A stretch of 64,000 bases of DNA from Oscillospiraceae bacterium (GCA_018110985.1 JAGAWT010000031.1:88491-152490), one strand, 5' to 3'. Shown: positions 1 through 9,518, counted from the stretch's first letter. Numbers and translations: made by a program. Notes: a model not told the origin generated them from the sequence alone.

Positions 1-1
1 C

Positions 2-391
2 GGATATGAAAAGGACGGCTATTATGTATGCTATGAAATGAATCAGGCATGCGAATCCTTCCTCATTGAGGTGTACCCTTCCACATACACCGTAAGAGCA
101 GTTTACTACACCACATACAGAACGGAAAAGACCTCCCGTACAGGCTATCTTACAGATGACATCTTTGCCCGCATATACGGTGCCCACAACGATCTGACCT
201 TTGATGACGGAAAGAACATGCCTAAATTTAACTGTCTTAGTCCCGTAGGCTTTATGTCTGTGGAAAAGAAGGGCGGCAACAACCTTTCACAGGAACACGT
301 CTCCACCACTTCCGGCATCAACCAGAAGGGTTATTCCTTTTCGCCCGCCTATGTGGGGCAATACCCCATCCCCGCATACTCGGTCAACTAA
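2..391 (+). CDS. C-terminal fragment of a hypothetical protein; the reading frame is open to the window start
   Basis: Frame 2 has no stop from position 2 to 391, and the ATG at 38 is internal. A rho-independent terminator follows. No recognisable domain. Confidence 0.4.
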   Translation, partial: GYEKDGYYVCYEMNQACESFLIEVYPSTYTVRAVYYTTYRTEKTSRTGYLTDDIFARIYGAHNDLTFDDGKNMPKFNCLSPVGFMSVEKKGGNNLSQEHVSTTSGINQKGYSFSPAYVGQYPIPAYSVN

Positions 392-412
392 AGCAACTAA
401 AGCCCACAACAT

Positions 413-438
413 CCCCGTGTCAACGGGGGTGTTTTTTG
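413..438 (+). terminator. Rho-independent terminator (CCCCGT-GTCA-ACGGGG followed by a T-tract)
   Basis: Perfect 6-bp GC stem plus TGTTTTTTGTC, directly after the stop at 391. Confidence 0.6.
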
Positions 439-591
439 TCGCCTGCAAATATCAAAACCAACAGATTTGCCCATTGCAAATGAAACGGTGCGGGAATAAG
501 GTAATGCTACAATTCTGCCTTCACCTGTCGGATAAGCAACAACTTGTCATAGGAATGTAGTTTATACTACATTCTGTCTATATATCGTATA

Positions 592-620
592 TTGAAATCA
601 GCCTTTGTATGTGGTAATAT
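592..620 (+). promoter_or_regulatory. Sigma-70-like promoter: TTGAAA, 17-nt spacer, TAATAT
   Basis: -35 at 592-597 and -10 at 615-620 with exact 17-nt spacing. It points at the micro-ORF at 759. Confidence 0.5.
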
Positions 621-758
621 GTATATCGTTGCAGAGGAAACAACAGGCAGGAATAAAAAAAATATTTCACTTTGCAGCAAATTACACGGCACTTGTGATC
701 CCATATCAAGGGTCACAACTTTCCCCGGAAAACAAAACACAAAAAAGGAGAAATCATC

Positions 759-836
759 ATGATCGGTTTTTTATGTACAGTAGGCAGTATAACTCTGGCG
801 GCAGCCTCCTTTTCCTACCTGATCAAAAGGATGTAG
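759..836 (+). CDS. 25-aa hydrophobic micro-protein (MIGFLCTVGSITLAAASFSYLIKRM), a candidate small membrane peptide or type I toxin-like ORF
   Basis: Strong SD (AAGGAG) 8 nt upstream of the ATG. It sits in a 670-bp intergenic region between two terminators with its own promoter. One TM-like helix with a KR C-terminus. Confidence 0.35.
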   Translation: MIGFLCTVGSITLAAASFSYLIKRM

Positions 837-1028
837 ACAGATATCATAGATAAAAGTGTTTGATTGCAAAAAGCACTTCTCTACCGACTGTAACAGCGGG
901 CAGTGCTTCATGAACATCTGTCTGCGAGGATCCTCATATCAAGCTCTCCTCACGAAGTTTCTGTATCGCCTCTTCATCGATATCTATCTTTCCTGCAGCG
1001 GAGATAAACCCCAAAGGATCAGATCAAA

Positions 1029-1060
1029 AGGGCAGCCCCGGCGGACTGCCCTTTATTTAT
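1029..1060. terminator. Bidirectional hairpin terminator (GGGCAGCCCCGGCGGACTGCCC flanked by T/A runs)
   Basis: GC-rich stem immediately after the stop of the minus-strand gene at 1065. A T-run lies on both sides. Confidence 0.55.
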
Positions 1061-1064
1061 ATCC

Positions 1065-1487
1065 TCATTCAGCCTCGCTAAGCTCGCTCAGAATGATATT
1101 TGCCTTTTTGACCTGCCTGAAAAAGGAGACATAATATATAACTGCGCTTATGACATAGGGTACGGTCACAGACAGCAGCATTTGCCACATTGCATCGGAT
1201 GTGGTGCCTGCCACGGCATCCACAAGTTTCACCAGACCTGCGACCAGTCCTATTATCGCCAGATACTGCCCTATGAGCACAGGTATCAGCGGAAAGCTTT
1301 GAAGATAATAATGGAGAGAGAGCACTGCCGTTATCATCACGGAAAAGGCAAGACAGGTGAATATATTCTCGGTGTAATGCCTGTCGGTAAAGCCCATCAG
1401 CTTTTCAAGCAGCAGCTTGCCGCAGACTATCAGCGTAAAGCTCATGCACACCAGCGACAGGAAGTTGTGCCTGTTTATCAGTTTCAT
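1065..1487 (-). CDS. Small multi-TM membrane protein, a LytTR-associated partner (DUF3021-like)
   Basis: Four predicted TM helices. Its start overlaps the stop of the upstream LytTR gene (ATGA-type coupling). This is the classic LytTR/membrane protein pair. Confidence 0.6.
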   Translation of the reverse strand: MKLINRHNFLSLVCMSFTLIVCGKLLLEKLMGFTDRHYTENIFTCLAFSVMITAVLSLHYYLQSFPLIPVLIGQYLAIIGLVAGLVKLVDAVAGTTSDAMWQMLLSVTVPYVISAVIYYVSFFRQVKKANIILSELSEAE

Positions 1488-1942
1488 GCCTTGTTTTTCC
1501 CCCTTATCCTTTCAAGCTCCTCAAAGAACTCTTTGCGGTATCCCCTGTTCATTATGAGCTTTTCACCGTTTTTCAGGAATATGATGACCCTCATGTTAAG
1601 GTCGCCCTGTAAACGGTCTATCTTATATACATTGACCACAGCGGACTTGCTTATCCTGATAAAGCCTATATCGCCGAAGCTGTCGAGCAGCTTGTTCAGC
1701 GATGTCCTGAACTCTACGGTACGGCTTTCGGTATAGGCAAATGTGCGGCGGTCAACGCTCTCAAAATACAGCACATCCGATACGGGTACTGTCACCCTCA
1801 TACCGTCACAGGTACCCTCTATATGGGTCAGGGTCTTGTCTATGCGGGATATGTATTCCCTTGTTTCGTCGTCGATCTCATCATAATGGAGTTCGAGATA
1901 GTTCTCCGGGATCCCTTTTTCCTTTGTTTTGATAAATCGCAT
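1484..1942 (-). CDS. LytTR-family DNA-binding protein (stand-alone LytTR domain)
   Basis: C-terminal LytTR signature (VLYFES...RTF.YT...FIRISKSAVVNVYKI). 152 aa with no receiver domain. Confidence 0.75.
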   Translation of the reverse strand: MRFIKTKEKGIPENYLELHYDEIDDETREYISRIDKTLTHIEGTCDGMRVTVPVSDVLYFESVDRRTFAYTESRTVEFRTSLNKLLDSFGDIGFIRISKSAVVNVYKIDRLQGDLNMRVIIFLKNGEKLIMNRGYRKEFFEELERIRGKNKA

Positions 1943-1965
1943 TTACACCCTTCCCTGCACAGGGA

Positions 1966-2688
1966 TCACAGGGCGTTCCAGTACACGAAGAATATCAGCA
2001 CACAGCCCCATGCATTTCCTGTTTCTTTCCTTACTATCAGCATACCATAGATAAGGAACATCGTCAAGAGCATATTCAAAAAAGCGTCGGGAGTAACGCC
2101 AACTGCGCCGTGTACGAGTATGCACATCACTGCGCAGACGAATGCACCCACATCCCAGAATCTGTACTTTGAGGGATAGCGCTCGCTCAGCTTATCTCTT
2201 ATCACCACATAATTGAAGCCCTCAAAGAAGCCCCACGCTGCTGCCGTAAGCACAAACCCCAGCACCTTTACAGGGATGGACGCTTCAAGCAGTTCCCTTG
2301 TGGTGAATACATCTATGAACGGGCACCAGGGGTGGACATTGCCCTTTGCAAGCTGATAGATGAAGTCGGGCACACAGCAGCCAAGGCTTAAAAGCAGTGC
2401 GGGCAGAAGATTCTTCCTTGTAAGCCCGAACCCGGTGAACTTCTCTTTTCTGTATATGCAGACTGCGGTAATGCCGAGCCCCGCAAGAGCGAACTGCCCG
2501 CATATGGCGGCAACGGCAACTCTCGGGAGAACGGGGCTCTCCTTGTCGTAAACAAAGCCGTTGAACTGTTTCCCGAACACTCCTATCACCAGAGCCAGAA
2601 CTGCGAATGTTATAACGCCTATGGCTATAATGTCATGGTCAAGCTGTTTTTTTCTTTCTGCGGTCAGTTCATTATTCTGCTGTTTCAT
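1966..2688 (-). CDS. Polytopic membrane protein, possibly a degenerate CPBP/Abi-like protein
   Basis: True start is MKQQNNEL at 2688. The longer ORF in the track reads into the repeat array. Six or more TM segments. The CPBP-like motifs are weak. Confidence 0.55.
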   Translation of the reverse strand: MKQQNNELTAERKKQLDHDIIAIGVITFAVLALVIGVFGKQFNGFVYDKESPVLPRVAVAAICGQFALAGLGITAVCIYRKEKFTGFGLTRKNLLPALLLSLGCCVPDFIYQLAKGNVHPWCPFIDVFTTRELLEASIPVKVLGFVLTAAAWGFFEGFNYVVIRDKLSERYPSKYRFWDVGAFVCAVMCILVHGAVGVTPDAFLNMLLTMFLIYGMLIVRKETGNAWGCVLIFFVYWNAL

Positions 2689-2720
2689 ATTTTCATTTTC
2701 TCCGTTGTTGATCTTCTCAT

Positions 2721-2823
2721 ACTGATTTCTGACCGATGTATAGGCAAGAAACAAGCCGCAAATGCTTGAATATATGGGATTTGAGGCTTGGAGATCGCCT
2801 ATACATCGAGGAAGGATCAGTAT
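2721..2823 (+). repeat. MITE-like palindromic repeat, copy A (103 bp)
   Basis: Unit ACTGATTTCTGACCGATGTATAGGC...GCCTATACATCGAGGAAGRATCAGTAT with ~25-bp imperfect terminal inverted repeats. Three copies in tandem are separated by 3-nt TAT/TAT spacers. Confidence 0.8.
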
Positions 2824-2826
2824 TAT

Positions 2827-2929
2827 ACTGATTTCTGACCGATGTATAGGCAAGAAACAAGCCGCAAATGCTTGAATATATGGGATTTGAGGCTTGGAGA
2901 TCGCCTATACATCGAGGAAGAATCAGTAT
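2827..2929 (+). repeat. MITE-like palindromic repeat, copy B
   Basis: Near-identical to copy A. Confidence 0.8.
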
Positions 2930-2932
2930 TAT

Positions 2933-3035
2933 ACTGATTTCTGACCGATGTATAGGCAAGAAACAAGCCGCAAATGCTTGGATATATGGGATTTGAGGCT
3001 TGGAGATCGCCTATACATCGAGGAAGAATCAGTAT
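2933..3035 (+). repeat. MITE-like palindromic repeat, copy C
   Basis: Near-identical to copies A and B. Confidence 0.8.
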
Positions 3036-3222
3036 TATGCTTGGTATGTAAAGTATTATACAGGGCAGAGGAATAAATGTCAATAAGCCGGTGCGTAAGC
3101 TGCGACGGGTCATGCGTGAAATGCAATTTCGCTGTGTTTTTCTTTTTGTGTTCATCTGTTCCGTACCGTGCCGCCCTTTCAGGCAGCGCAGAAAGTTCAG
3201 AACACCTGAAATTCTCCCTTGT

Positions 3223-3325
3223 ACTGATTTCTGACCGATGTATAGACAAGAAACAAGCCGCAAATGCTTGGATATATGGGATTTGAGGCTTGGAGATCGT
3301 CTATACATCGAGGAAGAAACAGTAT
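3223..3325 (+). repeat. MITE-like palindromic repeat, copy D (sub-family with the TATAGAC/GTCTATA stem variant)
   Basis: Same unit, 187 bp downstream of copy C. It carries paired G-to-A and C-to-T changes in the stem. Confidence 0.8.
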
Positions 3326-3419
3326 CAGCCGCCCATAAAGGACGGCTGAGGGAGAATAAACTCACGGCATTATCATCTGAAAACTCATGTGGTGTGCAGA
3401 CTGCATCAGAACTGTGCCT

Positions 3420-4454
3420 TTACATTACATTCAGCTTTTCTATGATAACATCCTTTATATCTGTCTTATCGTCGGAGTTCAGGTCATAGGCGGCTTTGTA
3501 TGCCTTACGGTTCATCAGATGATGAGCCACAGCGTAAAGATCGGCTCTGTTCACGATACCGTCACCGTTCAGATCGTACTTCATCACAGCGGCAAGCGAA
3601 AGGTATTCTCCGCCCTCCGAAACAAATTCCGCATATTCTCCGTCTCCGGACACGGATCCTTCGGAGCTGCCGCCCTTCCACCCCGCTGTATTCGGGAGGG
3701 ACATATCCGCCTTCACAGTAAATCCCTTTGGCAGTGTCAGGCTTTCAAGAGAGATGCAGTCCTCGAAAAAATAGGACATCATCCCGGGGTCGGGAGTTCC
3801 CAGACCGCTTATATCCAGAGACACAAGGGAGGTGCAGCCGTCAAACATACTGTTCATGGAAACAGCCGCACCGGACGTGAAGCCTTTCAGATCAAGGCTC
3901 TTCAGGCTGCTGCACTCACAGAACATACGGTAGGATCTTTTTACCTTTGATGTATCAAAGCCTGTAAGCTCCGCCCTCTCAAGGCTCGTGCAGCCGGAGA
4001 ACATTTCGGACATATCCGTGACCTTTGAAGTATCAAAGGAGGAAAGGTCTATGGCTGTAAGTGATGCACATTCACCGAACATATTTGACATATTCGTGAC
4101 CGAAGAGGTATCCAGCTTTGAAAGGTCAACGGAGGTAAGCCCGCTGAAGCCGTAAAAGAGGGAACCGCAGTTTGAAGGAGCAGCCGCCCCCTCTGCGGCA
4201 GTGAGGGTCTTTATTTTCCCTTTGCTGTTATTGAGCATTCTCTGTGCCTGAGTCTGTCTTTTGTCAAAAACATCGTTGTAGTCAAATATGCTGTCAGGTA
4301 TTGCACCCGTTATGGTCAGGGACATTTTCTCATCGTCAAAAACAAAGAAACCGCCGTCATATTCTTCGGCAGATACTGCCCCGGCACACAGGCTCAGTGC
4401 GGCAAAGGCTGCCGCACAGGCAGTCACCGCATTTTTTACAAATTGCGTACACAT
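3420..4454 (-). CDS. Secreted BspA-type leucine-rich-repeat protein with a C-terminal type I dockerin
   Basis: Signal peptide (MCTQFVKNAVTACAAAFAALSLCAGAVSA). Repeated LRR_5-like units (L.S.DLS.FDTS.VT.M..MF..C.SL). C-terminal duplicated Ca-binding dockerin segments (DLNGDGIVNRADL and DLNSDDKTDIKD). RBS GGGAG 8 nt upstream of the ATG at 4454. Confidence 0.75.
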   Translation of the reverse strand: MCTQFVKNAVTACAAAFAALSLCAGAVSAEEYDGGFFVFDDEKMSLTITGAIPDSIFDYNDVFDKRQTQAQRMLNNSKGKIKTLTAAEGAAAPSNCGSLFYGFSGLTSVDLSKLDTSSVTNMSNMFGECASLTAIDLSSFDTSKVTDMSEMFSGCTSLERAELTGFDTSKVKRSYRMFCECSSLKSLDLKGFTSGAAVSMNSMFDGCTSLVSLDISGLGTPDPGMMSYFFEDCISLESLTLPKGFTVKADMSLPNTAGWKGGSSEGSVSGDGEYAEFVSEGGEYLSLAAVMKYDLNGDGIVNRADLYAVAHHLMNRKAYKAAYDLNSDDKTDIKDVIIEKLNVM

Positions 4455-4519
4455 GGCGCTGCTCCCTATAACAAGATCTAAAGTATCATGACAGACAGCC
4501 GCAGACAGCTTCTTTACAT

Positions 4520-5704
4520 TCACTGCACAGCCGCAGCCTTTTCCCCTTTGTAGAGCATTTTCAGCACAAGGGGAACAGTGACGGAAGAAACGATTATCAG
4601 CAGGATGACGCTTGTAAAGTACTTTGAATCCAGCATACCCTCCGAAAGCCCCTTCTGAGCCACGATGAGAGCTACCTCTCCTCTTGTCATCATGCCCACG
4701 CCGACTTTCAGGCTGTCCTTTCCGTTTGAGCCCAGTAACCTTGCAACAGTGCCGCAGCCTATTATCTTTGTGACAAGTGCCACAGCCACAAAGGCAAGGG
4801 AGAAAATGAGCAGCTCCCTGTCAAGACCGGAGATGGAGGTCTTGACACCTATGCTTGCGAAAAAGACGGGGCCGAAGATCATGTAGGAATTTATATCCAC
4901 CTTGCGGGCGATATACTCCGAATCCCTCAGGGTGCAGAGTATAAGCCCTGCCACATATGCCCCCGTGATATCTGCTATGCCGAAAAAGGTCTCTGCGGCA
5001 AAGGCAAGGAACATACAGAGGGCAAGCCCAAGAATGGGTATGCGCCTCTGATGAGGCCATTTCTTGTCTGCCCATTTAAAGGCATAGTGGAGAATGATGC
5101 CGATACCTACACTGAGGACGATGAACAGCCCTGTTCTCCAAAGCACCTTTACAGGCTCCTGATCCGGGTTTTTGAAGCCTATGACGAAGGTGAGCACCAC
5201 TATGCCTATTACATCGTCTATAATGGCAGCGGAGGTTATGAGCGTCCCCGTGGGGTCTTTCAGGTGACCCAGTTCCTTCAGTGCGCTGACGGTTATGCCC
5301 ACGGAGGTGGCAGTCATTATGGTACCCATGAATACCGCTCTGAAAAAGCTCTCGGTGCCCCAGGAGGAAAAGCCGTAGAAGCACATATAGAGGAGCGTCC
5401 CACCCACAAGGGGGACAGCCACTCCCGCACAGGCAACAGCCAGTGCCTTGGGGCCTGTTTTGAGCAGATCCTTCATATTGGTCTCAAGACCTGCGTCAAA
5501 CATGAGCAGCACAACGCCTATCTCTGCCAGCAAGGACAGATGATCCGACTGCTGCACAAAGCCCAGCACCGCAGGACCTATGAGCAGCCCTGCGATTATC
5601 TCTCCCACTACGGAGGGAGCGTGTAGCTTCTGAGCCAGAAGGCCGAAAAGCTTTGCGGATACGATTATCAGTGCAAGATCTCTGAAAAATGCTATTCTAT
5701 CCAT
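4520..5704 (-). CDS. Cation:proton antiporter of the CPA2 (Kef/NapA) family
   Basis: N-terminal GEIIAGLLIGP motif and 11-12 TM segments. The start is uncertain between TTG at 5719 and ATG at 5704. Confidence 0.8.
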   Translation of the reverse strand: MDRIAFFRDLALIIVSAKLFGLLAQKLHAPSVVGEIIAGLLIGPAVLGFVQQSDHLSLLAEIGVVLLMFDAGLETNMKDLLKTGPKALAVACAGVAVPLVGGTLLYMCFYGFSSWGTESFFRAVFMGTIMTATSVGITVSALKELGHLKDPTGTLITSAAIIDDVIGIVVLTFVIGFKNPDQEPVKVLWRTGLFIVLSVGIGIILHYAFKWADKKWPHQRRIPILGLALCMFLAFAAETFFGIADITGAYVAGLILCTLRDSEYIARKVDINSYMIFGPVFFASIGVKTSISGLDRELLIFSLAFVAVALVTKIIGCGTVARLLGSNGKDSLKVGVGMMTRGEVALIVAQKGLSEGMLDSKYFTSVILLIIVSSVTVPLVLKMLYKGEKAAAVQ

Positions 5705-5729
5705 TTTGTTCCACAGCAAGCGTCACCGC

Positions 5730-7403
5730 TCACTTCAGGATCGCCCCCGTTGCACCGCTTGTCACCTGAGCCGCATAGCGTTTCAGGTAGCCCTTCAGTT
5801 CCTTGGTCTTGGGCTTGTGGTCTGCCAGTCTGCGGGCTATCTCCTCATCATCCACAAGGAGCTCCAGCTTGTAGCCGGGGATGTCTATGCTTATCATATC
5901 TCCGTCGTGAACGATGCCGATGATGCCGCCTACGGCTGCTTCGGGAGAAACATGGCCGATGGACGCACCCCTTGATGCGCCGGAGAAGCGGCCGTCGGTG
6001 ATAAGTGCCACATCCGAGCCGAGACCCATTCCCATAATGGCAGAGGTGGGATTGAGCATCTCACGCATACCGGGGCCTCCCTTGGGTCCCTCGTAGCGGA
6101 TGACCACCACATCGCCCTTTTCTATCTTTCCGCCAAGTATAGCCGCCTGTGCATCCTCCTCACAGTCAAATACCTTTGCGGGTCCCGTATGCCTGAGCAT
6201 TTCGGGAGCAACGGCGCTGCGCTTCACCACACAGCCGTCCTTTGCCAGATTTCCTCTGAGGACCGCTATGCCGCCCGTCTCGCTGTAAGGCTCATCCACA
6301 GGTCTTATTATGTTGGTATCACGGTTAGTGATGTTCTTTATGTTTTCGCCCACGGTCTTTCCCGTAACGGTCATGCACTCCGTGCGGATAAGCCCCTTCT
6401 TTGACAGCTCGTTCATTACTGCGTATACGCCGCCTGCCTCGTTGAGATCCTCCATATAGGCATGGCCTGCGGGAGCAAGGTGGCAGAGGTTGGGAGTTTT
6501 GGCGCTTATCTCGTTTGCGATGTCAAGATCTATCTCTATGCCGCACTCATGAGCGATGGCGGGAAGGTGCAGCATGGAATTGGTGGAGCAGCCCAGAGCC
6601 ATATCCACCGTAAGAGCGTTCATAAAGGCATCATAGGTCATGATGTCCAGAGGGCGGATGTTCTTTCGCCACATCTCCATTACCTGCATACCCGCACGCT
6701 TTGCAAGGCGTATCCTCTCGGAATATACTGCGGGGATGGTGCCGTTCCCTCTCAGACCCATTCCAAGCACCTCAGTAAGGCAGTTCATGGAGTTGGCGGT
6801 GTACATACCTGAGCAGGAGCCGCAGGTAGGACAGGCTTTGTTCTCGTACTCTTCAAATTCCTCCTCATCTATCCGGCCTGCGGTATAAGCACCCACTGCC
6901 TCAAACATGGAGGAAAGGGAGGTCTTGCTGCCCTTTACACGGCCTGCCAGCATGGGACCGCCGGAAACGAACACAGTGGGGACGTTGACCCTTGCAGCAG
7001 CCATAAGCAGACCGGGAACGTTCTTGTCGCAGTTGGGGATCATCACAAGCGCATCAAAATGGTGGGCAAGAGCCATACATTCGGTGGAATCCGCTATAAG
7101 ATCACGGGTCACAAGGGAATAGCGCATACCGTCATGCCCCATAGCTATGCCGTCGCACACTGCAATGGCGGGGAAAACAGCGGGAGTGCCGCCTGCCATA
7201 GCCACGCCCAGCTTCACTGCCTCAACTATCTTGTCGATATTCATGTGCCCCGGCACTATCTCGTTGTAGGATGAGACTATGCCCACCAGCGGGCGGCGCA
7301 TCTCATCCCTGGTCATGCCAAGTGCATTGAAAAGCGATCTCTGAGGAGCCTTGTCCGCTCCCTCACAAAAAAAGTTCTGTTCCTTCAATTTGTTCACCTT
7401 CAT
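5730..7403 (-). CDS. ilvD: Dihydroxy-acid dehydratase
   Basis: Full-length match to the IlvD/EDD family (APQRSL, CDGIAMG, cysteine ligands). The start may instead be TTG at 7388. Confidence 0.9.
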   Translation of the reverse strand: MKVNKLKEQNFFCEGADKAPQRSLFNALGMTRDEMRRPLVGIVSSYNEIVPGHMNIDKIVEAVKLGVAMAGGTPAVFPAIAVCDGIAMGHDGMRYSLVTRDLIADSTECMALAHHFDALVMIPNCDKNVPGLLMAAARVNVPTVFVSGGPMLAGRVKGSKTSLSSMFEAVGAYTAGRIDEEEFEEYENKACPTCGSCSGMYTANSMNCLTEVLGMGLRGNGTIPAVYSERIRLAKRAGMQVMEMWRKNIRPLDIMTYDAFMNALTVDMALGCSTNSMLHLPAIAHECGIEIDLDIANEISAKTPNLCHLAPAGHAYMEDLNEAGGVYAVMNELSKKGLIRTECMTVTGKTVGENIKNITNRDTNIIRPVDEPYSETGGIAVLRGNLAKDGCVVKRSAVAPEMLRHTGPAKVFDCEEDAQAAILGGKIEKGDVVVIRYEGPKGGPGMREMLNPTSAIMGMGLGSDVALITDGRFSGASRGASIGHVSPEAAVGGIIGIVHDGDMISIDIPGYKLELLVDDEEIARRLADHKPKTKELKGYLKRYAAQVTSGATGAILK

Positions 7404-7430
7404 TTGATAGATATCAGAAAACAGAGGCTT

Positions 7431-7595
7431 TCACCTCTGATGTTCAGCTTTGTTTTTTTCTTTTTTTACCCGGGGTGCCTTTTTGTCCGTTCTTTTTCTG
7501 CCCTCTCTTATGCCCGCACCCATAAGCACTGAGGGCACTGCCGTCATAGCAAGCAGTACCGCCAGCGCTGCCAGCTTTGCTCCGCCGTAATTCAT
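7431..7595 (-). CDS. 54-aa membrane-anchored basic peptide (MNYGGAKLAALAVLLAMTAVPSVLMGAGIREGRKRTDKKAPRVKKEKNKAEHQR)
   Basis: ATG lies 4 nt after the MoxR stop, with the SD GGGAAAAGGTGA inside the MoxR 3-prime end. One TM helix plus a Lys/Arg-rich tail. Below the 60-aa ORF-track cutoff. Confidence 0.4.
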   Translation of the reverse strand: MNYGGAKLAALAVLLAMTAVPSVLMGAGIREGRKRTDKKAPRVKKEKNKAEHQR

Positions 7596-7599
7596 AAAC

Positions 7600-8559
7600 T
7601 CACCTTTTCCCGCTGACCTTGGGGGCGGGGATCCTGTTTACTATGTCGTCCATTATCTCCCTTACCTGATCGTCTGTAAGGGGGCGCCCCTTCTGCTTTG
7701 CGCCTATGACCCTGTGAGCACACACATCGGTGTATACAAAGCGCACATCCTCCGGGATAACAAATCCCCTGCCCTTGAACATAGCGGTGCAGCGTGCCAT
7801 TTTCGCGGCAGCTATGGAGCCTCTGGGACTTACTCCCAGCTCCAGCCTTGCATCTGTCCTTGTGGCGGCGGATATACGGGCAATGTATTCATAGACTTCA
7901 TCGCTTATGTAGACAGCCTTTGCGGCCTCACGGGCTGAAAGTATCTTTTCGGCATCCATCACACGCCGTGTTGCGGCAGCCTGTATGCCCTGAGCCTTTG
8001 CCTTCAGTATGGCTGCCTCATCGGATACCTTTGGGTACCCTATGGAAAGGCGTATCATGAACCTGTCCAGCTGGGACTCCGGCAGCATCTGCGTTCCTGC
8101 CGAGCCGCAGGGATTCTGGGTGGCAAGGACTATAAAGGGCTGCGGCAGCTCTCTCGTGACGCCGTCCACGGTCACATTTTCCTCCTCCATACATTCAAGG
8201 AGAGCGGACTGGGTCTTGGATGATGTTCTGTTTATCTCATCCGCAAGGAAAAGGTTGCAGAAGACCGCACCCTTTTTGAAGAGCATCTTCCCTGTTGTCC
8301 TGTCGGGAATATTAAAGCCCGTCACATCTGCGGGCATAACATCGGATGTAAACTGCATTCTGTTGTATTCAAGCCCGAGGGCTCTGGAAAAAGCCACCGC
8401 CATGGTGGTCTTTCCCACTCCGGGTATATCCTCAAGGAGTATATGCCCGCCGGAACAGATGGTCATAAGCACCTTTATGATGATATCATCCTTGCCTATG
8501 ACCGATCTTTTTATTTCATCCGATGCCTTTTTCAGCATAATAAGCGTTTCGTTTTCCAT
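7600..8559 (-). CDS. MoxR-family AAA+ ATPase
   Basis: Walker A GVGKTT, Walker B LADEINR, and the MoxR-specific layout (~320 aa). Confidence 0.85.
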   Translation of the reverse strand: MENETLIMLKKASDEIKRSVIGKDDIIIKVLMTICSGGHILLEDIPGVGKTTMAVAFSRALGLEYNRMQFTSDVMPADVTGFNIPDRTTGKMLFKKGAVFCNLFLADEINRTSSKTQSALLECMEEENVTVDGVTRELPQPFIVLATQNPCGSAGTQMLPESQLDRFMIRLSIGYPKVSDEAAILKAKAQGIQAAATRRVMDAEKILSAREAAKAVYISDEVYEYIARISAATRTDARLELGVSPRGSIAAAKMARCTAMFKGRGFVIPEDVRFVYTDVCAHRVIGAKQKGRPLTDDQVREIMDDIVNRIPAPKVSGKR

Positions 8560-8566
8560 TTATCCT

Positions 8567-9505
8567 TTAACTCTGATCGTTTTTCTCTTCAAGATAGGGC
8601 GCTATCTGCACAGCCATGTTCTTGATGTTCTCAAATACCACGGATTTGGTGGTGCCAAGCTCGCTTGCCTTTGCTATATGCCTGTCCACGTTCTTGTAGG
8701 ACTGCTCTATCTTTGCAAACGCCTCGGAGACCTGCGCCAGTTCCTTTCCCGCAGTATCTGCGGAAGCGCTTATCCTGCGGCGCACATCCTCACAGCCCTG
8801 GGCTGCGGTATCTATCTTGTCAAAATTCTCCTTTGTTATCTGGGAGTACTGCACATTCTGGGAAAGGGTGCGGGCGGTGGTCTGTATACTGCCGTTTATC
8901 TTTTCCGTGCCCGTACTGATATCGGTGATGTTGGTCTCAACATCGTTTACAAGTATCTTTATCTCATCCGCAAGGGTCTTTACCTCTCCTGCGACCACTG
9001 CAAAGCCGCTGCCGTAATCCCCTGCCCTTGCAGCCTCTATGGAGGCGTTTATGGCAAGTATATTGGTCTGGGAGGCTATGTCTGCTATCTTATCTATGCA
9101 GGAGGAGATCTTTTCAACCGACACATTGAATTCCTCTATGACCCTGCGCATCTCCTCGAACTGGGATTCCACGGTGCGGGTATTCTCCGTCAGCTTCTCC
9201 ATCTTCTCCCTTGCCGCATCCACAGAGCCTGCTATGTTGTCCCTTACGGTGCCGAAGCTCTCAGAAGCTGTCCTCATCTCCTCGAAAAGGCTCCTGAAAG
9301 AGGACATTTTGTCACGGAGTATATCATCCTGTTCAAGTACATTTTTGAAGGAGCTGGAGATATTTGTCATCTCCTCAAGAGATGCCACCTCGTTTTTGGC
9401 AAGCTCCGACTGGAACTTTATTATGGAATCGGCGGCGTATACCACAGGGCGGTAATCCTTTTTGGAGGCAGTGTCCTCCTTATTCTGTTTTCCGAACAAA
9501 ACCAT
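8567..9505 (-). CDS. Soluble methyl-accepting chemotaxis protein (signalling domain only)
   Basis: Highly conserved MCP signalling hairpin ([40 protein letters not shown]). No TM segment. Start reassigned to the ATG at 9505, with AAGGGGG 9 nt upstream. Confidence 0.8.
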   Translation of the reverse strand: MVLFGKQNKEDTASKKDYRPVVYAADSIIKFQSELAKNEVASLEEMTNISSSFKNVLEQDDILRDKMSSFRSLFEEMRTASESFGTVRDNIAGSVDAAREKMEKLTENTRTVESQFEEMRRVIEEFNVSVEKISSCIDKIADIASQTNILAINASIEAARAGDYGSGFAVVAGEVKTLADEIKILVNDVETNITDISTGTEKINGSIQTTARTLSQNVQYSQITKENFDKIDTAAQGCEDVRRRISASADTAGKELAQVSEAFAKIEQSYKNVDRHIAKASELGTTKSVVFENIKNMAVQIAPYLEEKNDQS

Positions 9506-9518
9506 TTTCGGTGCCCCC

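Noticed and set aside
2721-3035. Tandem repeats considered as a CRISPR array
   Set aside because: Units are 103 bp, joined by a constant 3-nt junction with no unique spacers. There are no cas genes. Copies also occur singly elsewhere. This is more consistent with a MITE.
2717-3365. ORFs beginning MPIHRSEISIILILP... or MSLFSLSRPLWAAD... across the repeat array
   Set aside because: They are translations of the 103-bp repeat units. The same peptide reappears wherever a copy occurs, including as a false N-terminal extension of the 1966-2688 gene. No RBS.
5704-5719. TTG start at 5719 for the CPA2 antiporter
   Set aside because: The upstream GGTGA is only 3 nt from that TTG. The ATG at 5704 gives an N-terminus typical of Kef/NapA proteins. 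The choice remains uncertain.
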